Shown here: positions 35,494-45,984 of the stretch, piece after piece
Layout: each line of letters opens with the position of its first letter
Numbering within the stretch: the stretch's first letter is position 1
Notes under the pieces: model-generated
Databases searched by the model: none
Seen by the model: only the letters and a program-made list of their open reading frames with translations
Told to the model about the DNA's origin: nothing
Assembly: GCA_947482825.1 (NCBI GenBank)
Contig: CANKMT010000005.1
Coordinates: 15,250 to 79,249 of the forward strand
From: Betaproteobacteria bacterium
Lineage (GTDB): Bacteria > Pseudomonadota > Gammaproteobacteria > Burkholderiales > SG8-39
Length of the DNA stretch: 64,000 bases
Direction of reading: 5' to 3'
Made by a program: the position numbers and the translations under genes

Positions 35494-35814
35494 TCACGAC
35501 CTGGCCCTTGAGGATGCACGCCGGCGCTGAAAGTATTCCGCCCGTTGATGGATGATCCGGACAATCCCGACGCGTCGCGGGCCGATGCGATAGACGAGGG
35601 TATAGGGATATCGGTTCATCACGCATTCGCGCGTCCCCTGCCGGATGCCCGGCCGAAACTGCAGACCAAGCGCGGCGATTTTCTCCGCTTGTGACAGGAT
35701 GGCGTCAACGACGTGATCGGCCACAACGGGACCGGCGATTTCGAGGTGGTGCCTCTCTATCGCTTCGAGATCGCGCCGCGCGCGAAGAGCGTATTCAAGC
35801 TGCTTTCCGGGCAC
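35494..35814 (-). CDS. RelE/ParE-family toxin
   Basis: A GTG start at 35814 gives 106 aa. LEYALRARRDLEAI...YTLVYRIGPRRVGIVRIIHQR is a typical ParE pattern. It overlaps the antitoxin 3' end by 20 nt. Confidence 0.7.
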   Translation of the reverse strand: MPGKQLEYALRARRDLEAIERHHLEIAGPVVADHVVDAILSQAEKIAALGLQFRPGIRQGTRECVMNRYPYTLVYRIGPRRVGIVRIIHQRAEYFQRRRASSRARS

Positions 35815-36049
35815 GGCGCGCCGATTGGCGTTTTTCGAAGTGTGCCCGAATTTCACTGGCCGTCACACTGCGACCCGCGTCGAGATCGGCCAGACCTTCG
35901 TCAACGCTCTTGACGGCATATTCGCAGTATTCGAGGCCGTCGCGGATCACGAACTTCAGCATTTCGTCCGGCGTTCGGCCGGCTTCATGGGCCAGCTTCT
36001 CGATGCGCTTGGAGAGCCGCATCGGAAGCAAAATGGGTGCGGCGGACAT
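35795..36049 (-). CDS. RHH-type antitoxin partner of ParE
   Basis: From the ATG at 36049: MSAAPILLPMRLSKRIEKLAHEAGRTPDEMLKFVIRDGLEY (RHH pattern), with C-terminal DLDAGRSVTASEI. Confidence 0.6.
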   Translation of the reverse strand: MSAAPILLPMRLSKRIEKLAHEAGRTPDEMLKFVIRDGLEYCEYAVKSVDEGLADLDAGRSVTASEIRAHFEKRQSARRARKAA

Positions 36050-36223
36050 GGCGTACTCCGAAAGCGATTGATTGAGCGATGTTATCAGTAGGCTCCCGAT
36101 CGGCAAAGAGGCTGCGATCGGAGTGTGTTGCGAGCGGATCTTCGTCAGCCCGCAAGATCGCTACGACCGTCTGTCCGCCGCGCCTGCAAGAGACGCCACG
36201 TTCGTGCGCAATTGCTCAGGGAG

Positions 36224-36913
36224 CTAGAAAAGAATCCGCAGCCCGAGCGAGCGGAAACTCCTTTCCGGCGGACCTGAGTTCTGCGACCCCGCGGTGCCGT
36301 CGATCTGGACCTTGTTCGGAACGATCCAGAGGCGCAACCCGTAGTGCAGCGTGGGCTTGTCGGCGCGTTGCCCGTAGGACTCCAGGATGCCGTAGAGCCG
36401 CGCATGGAACGCGATTTCGGCGCCCAGCCCCCAGGTCGGGCGGGTCATGCCGGCCTGCCGGTCGTTGATCGCGCCGAGGTTTGCGTGGATAACCACCCGG
36501 TCGTCGGCAAAGGAAAAGCTGCCGATGGCGTTCACGTAGGCATTGGTGGTGTGCGCCGCCTGAAACGGCGACACGCGAAAGGCACCCAGCGTCAGCGCGT
36601 AGCCCGAGCCGTTGGTCTGCAGGGCTTTGAGCAGCGTTTTCGCCTGCAGGATGTTGAACCGGCTGTCGCCTGGCGCGCTGCCATCGATCCAACTGCGCCC
36701 CGCGGTCAGCTCGACTTTGCCGAAAGGATTGCATGCAGGCAGGAACCAGAACTCGCGCTCATCGAGCTTCTTCTGCCGCTTGATGAAGGTTTCGATCTGG
36801 CAGCCGCCTTCATCGACGACACGGGCGTCATCGGTAACGAAAGGCCGCGCTGCATGGGCCGCCATCGGCAAGCACAGCAGAAGGACCAGCAGTAGCAGGC
36901 CGCGCTTAAGCAT
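36224..36913 (-). CDS. Outer-membrane beta-barrel protein (unknown substrate)
   Basis: Signal peptide MLKRGLLLLVLLLCLPMAAHAA, alternating beta-strand pattern, and a terminal Phe (LRILF). Confidence 0.6.
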   Translation of the reverse strand: MLKRGLLLLVLLLCLPMAAHAARPFVTDDARVVDEGGCQIETFIKRQKKLDEREFWFLPACNPFGKVELTAGRSWIDGSAPGDSRFNILQAKTLLKALQTNGSGYALTLGAFRVSPFQAAHTTNAYVNAIGSFSFADDRVVIHANLGAINDRQAGMTRPTWGLGAEIAFHARLYGILESYGQRADKPTLHYGLRLWIVPNKVQIDGTAGSQNSGPPERSFRSLGLRILF

Positions 36914-37024
36914 AGGGTCGGGCAATACCGGATCCGGTTTGCGAAAAACAGCAGAGCATCCTTACACTGCTCATATTACAGACACGTTGCCGCCTCCGAC
37001 GAATTGCCGCGGGCGGCGCTACCA

Positions 37025-38299
37025 ATGGCCGGAAATTCGATCCAAAGCGCGCTCGCCGACCTCTGGGGTGACCTGAAGCAGCCCGACCTGCTCTGGCAGA
37101 TTGCCGCCATTGCGGCATGCATGCTGGTGGCCTGGGCGATGTCCCGCATGGCGCGCGTCAAGACTTCCGGCGAGCAATCGGCCGCCGTCAGGTGCGGCGC
37201 GGGCGGTTTCAACCGGATCATCTTCCCGCTTGTCGTCGTCGGCTTGCTGTTCGCGGCCCGCGCGGTGCTCTCGCGCTGGGGCAATTCCCACCTGCTCTCG
37301 GTCGCGATCCCGGTTTTCGGGTCGCTGGCCGGCATCCGGTTCCTCGTCTACCTGCTGCGCATGGGTTTCGCGCCGGGCGGCATGCTGGCAGCCTGGGAGC
37401 GTGGCGCGGCGGCGGTGATCTGGGCGGTGGCGGTGCTTTACCTCACCGGGCTGTTGCCCGAGATCCGGTCGCTGCTCGAAGACATCCACCTGTCGATCGG
37501 CAAGCAGAAGTTCACGCTGATGCTCGCGCTCGAATCCATTTTCTGGCTCCTCTTGACGCTGCTGCTCGCACTCTGGGCCGGAAGCGTGTTCGAGAAGCGG
37601 CTGATGGGCGCTGAAAGCCTGCACATGAGCCTGCGGGTGGTGCTCGCGCGGCTCGGGAAGGCAGTGCTCCTCGTGGCCGCGATCCTCGTGGTGCTGCCGG
37701 TCATGGGAATCGACCTCACCGTGCTGTCGGTGTTCGGCGGCGCGGTCGGCGTGGGTCTCGGCCTGGGGCTGCAGAAGATCGCCAGCAATTACGTGTCCGG
37801 GTTCATCATTCTGCTGGATCGCTCGATCAGGCTGGGCGACTGGATCACGGCCGACAACCACTATGGCGAGGTGAAGAAGATCACCACGCGCTACACCGTG
37901 GTGCGTTCGCTCGCCGGGATCGATGCGATCATTCCGAACGATGCGCTCGTCACCTCGACCGTCCTTAACAACACCTACGCGGACAAGCAGTTGCGGCTGA
38001 CGGTCAAGGTATCGGTGGCCTATGGCACGGATGTCGCGGCGGTGCTGGCGTTGCTTGCCGATATCGCGGGCGGGCATCCGCGGGTGCTCAAGGAGCCGGC
38101 GCCAAACGCCCTGGTTCTCGCGCTGGCCGACAACGGGATCGACCTCGAAGCCGGCTTCTGGATCGACGATCCCGAGAAAGGCCGCCAGAACGTGTGCTCT
38201 GAAATCATGGTCTCGATCCTGGCCGAATTCGGCGTCCGCGGCATCGAAATCCCCTTTCCGCAGCGGGACGTTAGACTGGTCGCGCGGGACGCGGCTTGA
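37025..38299 (+). CDS. Mechanosensitive ion channel (MscS family)
   Basis: Multi-TM N-terminus followed by QKIASNYVSGFIILLDRSIRLGDWI...GEVKKITTRYTVVRS, the MscS core. Confidence 0.85.
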   Translation: MAGNSIQSALADLWGDLKQPDLLWQIAAIAACMLVAWAMSRMARVKTSGEQSAAVRCGAGGFNRIIFPLVVVGLLFAARAVLSRWGNSHLLSVAIPVFGSLAGIRFLVYLLRMGFAPGGMLAAWERGAAAVIWAVAVLYLTGLLPEIRSLLEDIHLSIGKQKFTLMLALESIFWLLLTLLLALWAGSVFEKRLMGAESLHMSLRVVLARLGKAVLLVAAILVVLPVMGIDLTVLSVFGGAVGVGLGLGLQKIASNYVSGFIILLDRSIRLGDWITADNHYGEVKKITTRYTVVRSLAGIDAIIPNDALVTSTVLNNTYADKQLRLTVKVSVAYGTDVAAVLALLADIAGGHPRVLKEPAPNALVLALADNGIDLEAGFWIDDPEKGRQNVCSEIMVSILAEFGVRGIEIPFPQRDVRLVARDAA

Positions 38300-38399
38300 C
38301 TTCGCCCAAACCGCCGCCATTTACCTGTTGCACGAGAAGGCGGTTCGCGTAGAATCGCCCGCAATTCTCATTCCCATAACTACTATAAATCCCCTCCCG

Positions 38400-39578
38400 A
38401 TGCTCTTTTCCGGACTCCTCGATCTGCCCGTCTGGGGCCTTGTCGCGACTGCGCTGGTCCTTACCCACATCACGATCGCGGCAGTCACGATCTTCCTGCA
38501 CCGCCACCAGGCGCACAGGGCGCTCGACCTGCATCCGATCGCGTCGCATTTCTTCCGCTTCTGGCTGTGGCTGACCACCGGCATGGTGACCAAGGAGTGG
38601 GCCGCCATCCACCGCAAGCACCACGCCAAGTGCGAGACGGTCGATGACCCCCACAGCCCGCAGATCCTCGGCATCAACCGCGTGCTCTGGGGCGGGGTGT
38701 TCCTGTACGTGAAGGAGTCCTACAACAAGGACACCATCGAGCGCTACGGCCACGGCACGCCGGACGACTACATGGAGTCCAACCTGTATTCGGCGCACGC
38801 CGTCTGGGGCCTCATCCTCATGGGCGCGATCAACATCTTCCTGTTCGGCGTGGTGCCCGGCATGGTGATCCTGGTCGCCCAGATCGTCTGGATCCCGTTC
38901 TGGGCGGCGGGCGTGATCAACGGCGTCGGCCACTGGTTCGGCTACCGCAATTTCGATGCGGCCGACGCGAGCACGAACATCGTCCCTTGGGGCATCCTCA
39001 TCGGCGGCGAAGAGCTGCACAACAACCACCATGCGCATGCCACGTCGGCCAAGCTCTCGTCCAAGTGGTACGAGTTCGACATCGGCTGGATGTACATCTG
39101 CATCCTCGAGAAGGCGGGCCTGGCCACGGTGAAGAAAGTCGCTCCCAAGCCCCGTTTTGCCGACGCCAAGCCGGTATCGGACCTGGATGCGGACACGTTG
39201 CATGCGGTGATCGCCAACCGCTACGACGTGCTCGCGCGCTTCGCGAAATCGATCAAGAAGACTTACGCGCAGGAACTGGAGCGCCTCAAGCAGGGGTCGC
39301 CGGTGCACGCGGCCTCGCTGCGCTCGCTCAAGCCCGACCTGCTGCGCACCAGCGCGCTGCCAGCGCCCGAGAAGGAGCGCCTCATCGACGCGCTGAAGCA
39401 CAGCAAGGCGCTCGAGACGGTGCTCACGATGCGCGACGACCTGGTCGCCCTGTGGGAGCGCTCCAATGCTTCCAAGGAGCAATTGTTGCAGGAATTCAAG
39501 GACTGGTGCCACCGCGCCGAAACAAGCGGTATCGTTCCCCTTGCAGAGTTCAGCCAGCGTCTTCGCAGCTACGCATAG
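38400..39578 (+). CDS. Membrane fatty-acid (acyl-CoA/acyl-lipid) desaturase
   Basis: The ATG is at 38400. Three His boxes: HRHQAH, HRKHH, HNNHH. C-terminal extension of about 100 aa. Confidence 0.85.
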   Translation: MLFSGLLDLPVWGLVATALVLTHITIAAVTIFLHRHQAHRALDLHPIASHFFRFWLWLTTGMVTKEWAAIHRKHHAKCETVDDPHSPQILGINRVLWGGVFLYVKESYNKDTIERYGHGTPDDYMESNLYSAHAVWGLILMGAINIFLFGVVPGMVILVAQIVWIPFWAAGVINGVGHWFGYRNFDAADASTNIVPWGILIGGEELHNNHHAHATSAKLSSKWYEFDIGWMYICILEKAGLATVKKVAPKPRFADAKPVSDLDADTLHAVIANRYDVLARFAKSIKKTYAQELERLKQGSPVHAASLRSLKPDLLRTSALPAPEKERLIDALKHSKALETVLTMRDDLVALWERSNASKEQLLQEFKDWCHRAETSGIVPLAEFSQRLRSYA

Positions 39579-39595
39579 CGGTTAGCGGCAGGAAA

Positions 39596-39625
39596 GAAAA
39601 AGGCCCGCATCGCGGGCCTTTTTTC
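39596..39625. terminator. Bidirectional rho-independent terminator
   Basis: AAAAA-AGGCCCGC-ATC-GCGGGCCT-TTTTT between the convergent desaturase and rpmG genes. Confidence 0.85.
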
Positions 39626-39642
39626 ATTGCAGGGACGTCGGG

Positions 39643-39798
39643 CTATTTCAGCTTCGTTTCCTTGTACATCACGTGCTTGCGCGCCTTCGGATCGTACTTC
39701 TTGATCTCGAGCTTGTCGGGCGTGGTGCGCTTGTTCTTGGTCGTGGTGTAGAAATGGCCGGTGCCGGCGCTCGATTCGAGCTTGATCTTCTCGCGCAT
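39643..39798 (-). CDS. rpmG: 50S ribosomal protein L33 (not in supplied track)
   Basis: [51 protein letters not shown], 51 aa, 2 nt after rpmB. Confidence 0.95.
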   Translation of the reverse strand: MREKIKLESSAGTGHFYTTTKNKRTTPDKLEIKKYDPKARKHVMYKETKLK

Positions 39799-39800
39799 TT

Positions 39801-40061
39801 TCAGGCTCCCTTGGCCTTGCCGGCCTTAGCGATCTTGCCTTCGGCGCGCAGGTCGGCGAGGACGGCGTCGATGCCGTTCTTGTCGATCGTGCGCAGTGCA
39901 TTGGTGGACACGCGCAGCCGGACCCAGCGGTTTTCGCTTTCGACCCAGAACCGGCGATAGTGCAGGTTGGGCAGGAAGGTGCGCTTGGTCTTGTTGTTCG
40001 CGTGCGACACCAGGTTACCTTTCATCGGCTTCTTGCCGGTGACTTGGCAGACTCTGGACAT
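39801..40061 (-). CDS. rpmB: 50S ribosomal protein L28
   Basis: [52 protein letters not shown].... Confidence 0.95.
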   Translation of the reverse strand: MSRVCQVTGKKPMKGNLVSHANNKTKRTFLPNLHYRRFWVESENRWVRLRVSTNALRTIDKNGIDAVLADLRAEGKIAKAGKAKGA

Positions 40062-40112
40062 GGGGGGCTCCGCAGAAAAAGGCGAGAGTCTACACGGAAT
40101 CAGGTCGTGTGC

Positions 40113-40928
40113 TCAAGCTTTCCGCGCGGGTCGGAACCATCGCCGATCGGCATAGAAGTCCGGGCGGTCGCTGTCGGGCAGCCATCCGGGGTAGCCGAAT
40201 ACGGGCAGGGGCGGCATCCGGCGCGGGGCGGCGTCCGCGGGCAACTCGAGGATCCAGGCCGCTGCGGCTGCATCCAGGACCTCGACCAGGTGCGGCGATT
40301 CGAGCAGCTTTGGGTCGACCGGGAGGAACAAGGCCTTGCAGGTGATCCCCGGGTAGGGGGAAAGGGCTTTTTCGTAGGCTGAATGGCCGACCAGAACGAA
40401 CCGCAATCCGGCAAGCAGTTGCGCTCGCCGCTCCCAGAAGAGTTCCCGCCACCGGAATTCCCGGACCAGCCGTTCGAATTCGGCGAGGCAGTCCTTCGTG
40501 CAGGCAACGATCGCGCCACCCTCATCGACCAGCGTCAGCAGGTCGCGCAGCGGTCCCCGGACGTTGCCATCGGCCGGCAGGCGTGCGACGTGACGCGCAT
40601 TGATCGCCGCCTTGGTCCGCGGAAAGGCAAGCCAGGCGAGCGCATTGAAGAGATCGTGAAGGTTGTCCGCGCGCGTCTCGACCTGGCCGGAATCGAACAC
40701 CCGCTGTTCGTACTCCTTGGCGCTGGTCGATGCGGGTGGGCAAAAGCGCACCGCATGACCGGCGGCAGTGATCGGCGGCGAAACAGAGGATTCCGCCAGC
40801 GCGTTCAGGTCCTCGAGGCTTGGATACCCGCTCAGTCGCCCCAGCCACTCGCGCAGCGGGTCGAAGGCGGGGTGGGACGTCGCGCCGAGAGGAAGGAGCG
40901 GTGGCAGGATCTCTACCGGAGCTGCCAT
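40113..40928 (-). CDS. DUF3025-type protein
   Basis: 271 aa. [25 protein letters not shown] matches this family, which usually sits next to pyrC (recollection). Confidence 0.65.
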   Translation of the reverse strand: MAAPVEILPPLLPLGATSHPAFDPLREWLGRLSGYPSLEDLNALAESSVSPPITAAGHAVRFCPPASTSAKEYEQRVFDSGQVETRADNLHDLFNALAWLAFPRTKAAINARHVARLPADGNVRGPLRDLLTLVDEGGAIVACTKDCLAEFERLVREFRWRELFWERRAQLLAGLRFVLVGHSAYEKALSPYPGITCKALFLPVDPKLLESPHLVEVLDAAAAAWILELPADAAPRRMPPLPVFGYPGWLPDSDRPDFYADRRWFRPARKA

Positions 40929-41944
40929 GCGAGCGTCTCGCCGGCGCGCATCGGCACGACTTCATTCCCGCCGAACTTGTACGAGTCCGGCACCCGCCAT
41001 TCCTTGCGCACCAAGGTGATCCGATCCTTGTTTCGTGGCAGGCCGTAGAAGTCGGCGCCATGGAAGCTCGCAAAGCCCTCCAGCTTGTCGAGCGCGTTGG
41101 CTTCTTCGAATGCGCTCGCATAGAGCTCGATCGCGGCATGGGCGGTATAGAGGCCTGCACAGCCGCACGAGGCTTCCTTCGTGTGCTTGGCGTGCGGGGC
41201 GCTGTCGGTGCCGAGGAAGAATTTCGGGTTGCCCGAAGTGGCCGCCTCCACAAGGGCTTCGCGATGCTCTTCGCGCTTGAGCACCGGCAGGCAGTAGTTG
41301 TGCGGCCGGATACCGCCCATGAAGAGTGCATTGCGGTTCATGAGCAGGTGATGGGCCGTGATCGTCGCCGCAATGTTCGGTCCGGTGACTTCCACGTAAT
41401 GGACCGCGTCGCGCGTGGTGATGTGCTCGAACACGATCTTCAGGTCGGGAAAGCGGTCGACCAGCGAGCCCAGCGTGCTCTCGATGAAAGCCTTCTCGCG
41501 GTCGAACACATCGATCTCGTGGTCGGTGGCTTCGCCGTGGATGAGCAGGGGCATCCCGAGTTCCTGCATCTTTTCGAGCGTATGGAAGCAGCGCGAAATG
41601 CGCGTGACGCCCGCATCCGAATGGGTCGTCGCGCCCGCCGGGTAGAGCTTCACGCCCTGCACGCGGCCCGAAAGCTTTGCGCGCGCGATTTCCTCCGGCG
41701 GCGTGTCGTCGGTCAGGTACAGCGTCATCAGCGGCTCGAAGCGCGAATTCTCCGGCAGCGCATCGAGGATCAGTTCGCGGTAATCGAGGGCTCGCTTGGT
41801 CGTCGTGATCGGCGGCTTGAGGTTGGGCATCACGATCGCGCGCCCAAAGCAGCGCGCCGTATGCGGCAGCACCGAGGCCATGTCGTCCCCGTCCCGCAGG
41901 TGCAGGTGCCAGTCGTCCGGGCGGGTGAGGGAAAGAATGTCCAA
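40913..41944 (-). CDS. pyrC: Dihydroorotase (homodimeric type)
   Basis: [31 protein letters not shown] and FLGTDSAPH align with E. coli PyrC. A TTG start at 41944 is assumed (343 aa); the upstream part of the track ORF is junk. Confidence 0.9.
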   Translation of the reverse strand: MDILSLTRPDDWHLHLRDGDDMASVLPHTARCFGRAIVMPNLKPPITTTKRALDYRELILDALPENSRFEPLMTLYLTDDTPPEEIARAKLSGRVQGVKLYPAGATTHSDAGVTRISRCFHTLEKMQELGMPLLIHGEATDHEIDVFDREKAFIESTLGSLVDRFPDLKIVFEHITTRDAVHYVEVTGPNIAATITAHHLLMNRNALFMGGIRPHNYCLPVLKREEHREALVEAATSGNPKFFLGTDSAPHAKHTKEASCGCAGLYTAHAAIELYASAFEEANALDKLEGFASFHGADFYGLPRNKDRITLVRKEWRVPDSYKFGGNEVVPMRAGETLAWQLR

Positions 41945-41991
41945 GGCGTGTCTACCGGAGTGGGTGAAGCAAGGCTGGAGGAAAGAAGATT

Positions 41992-42870
41992 CTACCGTGG
42001 CTTCGCAAGCTTGATTCCCGGCCCTGCAGCCAGTTCGAGCGCGCGCGCGTAGAGCGCGTTCTTGGATGCGCCGGTCAGGCGCGCCGCAATGCGGGCGGCT
42101 TCGCTGACCGATACCTCTTCCAGGAGGATGCGCAGGATCCGCTCGGCTTCGCCGTCTTCCTTCGCCTCGGGCGCCGCCCTGGGACCGAGCACCAGCACGA
42201 ATTCGCCCTGCTGCCGGTGCGGATTGGCAACGATCCATTCGCGCGCTGCACCGAGGGAAAGACGCGCGACTTCCTCGAACTTCTTCGTGAGTTCCCGGGC
42301 GATCACCAGTTCCCTTTCCGGGCCAAAGGCCGCGGCAAGGTCTTCGACGGTTTCGAGCACGCGGTGAGGCGCTTCATACAGCACCACCGGGCAGTCGGCA
42401 TCGAGCGCGGCGATCGACTTGCGCCGTGAACTTGCCGAAGCGGGCAGGAATCCGACGAACAGGAACCGGTCGGCGAGATAGCCGCTGGCGCTGTAGGCCG
42501 CAACCGCCGCGTTCGCGCCCGGGACCGGCACGACGCGAATGCCGGCGCGGTGCGCAGCTTCGACGACCAGGGCGCCCGGATCCGACACGGCCGGCGTTCC
42601 CGCATCGCTGACCAGCGCGACGGACTTCCCGGCCGAAAGGGCTTCGACCAGCTTGGCGCAGGCGGCGCGTTCGTTGTGCTCGTGGAGCGCCACGGTCTTT
42701 GCGTTGATGCCGTGGGCGGCGAGCAGCGGCCGGGTGGTGCGGGTGTCTTCGCACGCGACGAGGTCCGCAGCCGCGAGCACCTCCTTTGCGCGCGCCGAGA
42801 GATCCGCCAAATTGCCTATGGGCGTCGCGACGACGTAGAGCGTTCCGGCAGGCAGGGGTTCATGCGCCAT
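41992..42870 (-). CDS. rsmI: 16S rRNA (cytidine1402-2'-O)-methyltransferase
   Basis: [20 protein letters not shown]...LVACEDTR is the tetrapyrrole-methylase-like fold signature of RsmI. Confidence 0.9.
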   Translation of the reverse strand: MAHEPLPAGTLYVVATPIGNLADLSARAKEVLAAADLVACEDTRTTRPLLAAHGINAKTVALHEHNERAACAKLVEALSAGKSVALVSDAGTPAVSDPGALVVEAAHRAGIRVVPVPGANAAVAAYSASGYLADRFLFVGFLPASASSRRKSIAALDADCPVVLYEAPHRVLETVEDLAAAFGPERELVIARELTKKFEEVARLSLGAAREWIVANPHRQQGEFVLVLGPRAAPEAKEDGEAERILRILLEEVSVSEAARIAARLTGASKNALYARALELAAGPGIKLAKPR

Positions 42871-42949
42871 GAAATCCTTCGTCAACGCCGGCAGGGCGGG
42901 TTCGTTAAGCCAAGGGTATCAGCCCAGCAACCCAGGGACGGAAAAGGTC

Positions 42950-43297
42950 ATGGACACAGCAACCGCGGGCCGCCAGGCCGAGGCGCTCGCCGAGCGCCTG
43001 CTTACCGGCGCCGGCCTCTCGATCATCGCGCGCAACTTCCGTTGCCGCCACGGCGAGATCGACCTCATCGCCCGCGAAGACGATACTTTCGTCTTCTGCG
43101 AGGTCCGCCTGCGTACCAGCGCCTACTTTGGCGGCGCGGAAGAAAGCATTACCGGCCGCAAGCAGGCCCGGATCGCCGCCGCTGCGCGCTACTTCCTGAC
43201 CGCGCGGCCCGAGGCCCCCTGCCGCTTCGACGTCCTGCTCCTGCAGACGCTGGACGCAGCGCGCATCCGCTGGATCAGGAATGCTTTCACGGTGTAG
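42950..43297 (+). CDS. yraN: YraN-family (UPF0102) predicted endonuclease
   Basis: RQAEALAERLL...IARNFRCRHGEIDLIARED.TFVFCEVRLR, with GGAAAAGG upstream of the ATG at 42950. Confidence 0.85.
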   Translation: MDTATAGRQAEALAERLLTGAGLSIIARNFRCRHGEIDLIAREDDTFVFCEVRLRTSAYFGGAEESITGRKQARIAAAARYFLTARPEAPCRFDVLLLQTLDAARIRWIRNAFTV

Positions 43298-43679
43298 CCT
43301 CGCCCTGCTTTTCGGCGCTTGCCTCGCGGCGTCGGCGCCGGTGCCGGCCGAGCCACCGCGGGACAACAGCCCCCGGATCCGGATGCTCGTGCAGACTTCG
43401 CCTCTGGCAGGCTTCCGTCACGGTGCGGCGGCGGCGGTCTGGCCGGAATTGCGTCCAGGCGATCCGCTTTCCCTGGTCCGCGATGCCGATAACCCTTTTG
43501 ATGCAAATGCGGTGCGGGTCCTCTGGCGCGGCCGCATGCTCGGCTACGTGCCCCGTCGCGACAATGCCGCTTTGGCGTGGGCCCTTGACCGCGGCGAGAC
43601 CCTGCACGCTCGCATCAGCAAAGCCCAGTGGCATCCGAACCCCGCACGCCGCATCGCTTTCGATGTCTTCGTGGAATGA
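43281..43679 (+). CDS. HIRAN-domain protein with predicted Sec signal peptide
   Basis: MLSRCSLALLFGACLAASA-PV signal-like N-terminus. HIRAN pattern LRPGDPLSLVRDADNPFDANAVRVLWRGRMLGYVPRRDNAALAWALDRG. High third-position GC across the signal region supports the long form. Confidence 0.65.
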   Translation: MLSRCSLALLFGACLAASAPVPAEPPRDNSPRIRMLVQTSPLAGFRHGAAAAVWPELRPGDPLSLVRDADNPFDANAVRVLWRGRMLGYVPRRDNAALAWALDRGETLHARISKAQWHPNPARRIAFDVFVE

Positions 43680-43705
43680 CCGGAGCGCCGAACGCAGGGG
43701 TGTAA

Positions 43706-44346
<641 letters not shown>

Positions 44347-44347
<1 letters not shown>

Positions 44348-44988
44348 TGAATAAAGCCGGATGGCTCGCGCTGGCCTGCGCAATTGCAGCGGTCCCCGCA
44401 TTGCAAGGTTGCCTTCCCTTCGCGGCCGTCGGGATCGGCACTGCGGTCTCCTCGGCGAACGACCGCCGCACCTCGGGCACCCAGATCGAGGATGAGGGTA
44501 TCGAACTGCGCGCCTCGAACCGCATCACCGAGCGCTGGGGAGACAAGGTTCACATCAACGTGACTTCGTTCAACCGGGCGGTGCTGCTCTCCGGAGAGGT
44601 CTCGAGCGCCGCGATCAAGGCCGAAGTCGAAAAGCTCGCCAGCGGCGTGCAGAACGTGCGCGGCATCACCAATGAGATCGAGGTCGCCGGCATCTCGACC
44701 CTGCCGGCACGCGCGAACGATTCCTTCATCACGTCCAAGGTCAAGGCGCGCTTCGTCGATGCAAACCAGTTCAACCCGTTCCACGTCAAGGTCGTGACCG
44801 AGAACCGCACCGTCTACCTGATCGGCATCGTCACCGAAGCCGAAGCGAAAGCGGCCACCGAACTTGCGCGCACCACAGGCGGGGCGCGCAAGGTGGTTCG
44901 TTTGTTCGAGTACTGCAAGGTGACCGACGAAGCCTGCTGGCCGCCTGCGAAGGTCCCCGAGCAGCAGCAGGTCCCGCCCAGGAAATAG
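44347..44988 (+). CDS. BON-domain lipoprotein (DolP/YraP-like)
   Basis: Lipobox ALQGC. Two BON repeats (VTSFNRAVLLSGEV..., VVTENRTVYLIGIV...). Its ATG overlaps the diaA stop. Confidence 0.85.
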
Positions 44989-44989
44989 G

Positions 44990-45493
44990 GTGGCGGGCAC
45001 GGCGCGGTTCCCGGCGCCGGCTTTCGAAAGGAAGATCCGGCCGCCGGAATCCCTCGCGAAGGGTTGCGGCGGAGCAGCGCGTCCGCTTGTCTTCACAAAC
45101 GGAGTCTTCGATATCCTGCATCGCGGACATGCGGCGTACCTTGCGCAGGCAAGGGCGCTGGGTGCGGCTCTGATCGTGGCGCTGAACAGCGATGCATCGA
45201 CCCGGCGCCTGGGCAAGGACGCTGACCGCCCGGTCAATCCGCTCGCCGACCGCCTTGCGGTTGTCGCGGCGCTCGAGTCCGTCGATTTCGTCACCTGGTT
45301 CGAGCAGGACACGCCCCTCGAACTGATCGAATCGATCCGTCCCGAGGTGCTCGTAAAAGGCGGCGATTGGGCTTTGGAAAGAATCGTCGGCGCCACCGGC
45401 GTGCGGGCACGCGGCGGGCGGGTCTTTTCGATTCCCTTCGAGCATGAGCGCTCCACGACCGCGTTGCTTCAGCGCATCAGAAGCTCGAAGTAG
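44990..45493 (+). CDS. D-glycero-beta-D-manno-heptose-1-phosphate adenylyltransferase (RfaE domain II)
   Basis: [23 protein letters not shown] and LVKGGDW are cytidylyltransferase-fold motifs. Confidence 0.85.
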   Translation: MAGTARFPAPAFERKIRPPESLAKGCGGAARPLVFTNGVFDILHRGHAAYLAQARALGAALIVALNSDASTRRLGKDADRPVNPLADRLAVVAALESVDFVTWFEQDTPLELIESIRPEVLVKGGDWALERIVGATGVRARGGRVFSIPFEHERSTTALLQRIRSSK

Positions 45494-45935
45494 AGGGCGC
45501 CTGCGATCGGGTTGTTGTAGTAGGCCGGGATCGGCCTGAACCCGAGCTTCCCGTAGAGCTTCACGGCTGCGTCCATTCGATCGAGCGTATCGAGCACCAG
45601 CCGCTCGTAACCGGCGGCGCGCGCCGCATCGAGGCACCGCGCCGCCAGGCGCTCGCCCAGGCCCTTGCCGCGGTATGCCGGCCGTACGTAGAGCCGCTTG
45701 ATTTCTCGGTCCTTGCGTCGAACGGGCGCAGCGCGATGCAACCTGCAGCGCCAGCCTGCGACTTCGCAATGAACAGGGCTCCGCGCGGACCTGCATAGTC
45801 TCCGGGCAACCCCGCCAGTTCGGCCTCGAAACCCTGGAAGCAAAGGTCCTCGCCAAGCCAGCCGGCGTATTCGAGGAAAAGTTCACGCAGGTCCGCGATA
45901 TCGTGCGGCTGCGCCGCCTGGAGGCTTGTTTCCAT
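45469..45935 (-). pseudogene. GNAT-family N-acetyltransferase interrupted by a 1-nt frameshift (about 45700-45720)
   Basis: The N-terminal part [26 protein letters not shown]...[12 protein letters not shown] is in one frame. The core [40 protein letters not shown]...[10 protein letters not shown] is in the -1 frame. Restoring one G (ACCGAG to ACCGGAG) joins them. Confidence 0.75.
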
Positions 45936-45984
45936 GTGCAATTCTGTGCGTTGCAGGCGCAGGTTGTCGAGGTAAACTCGGCGC

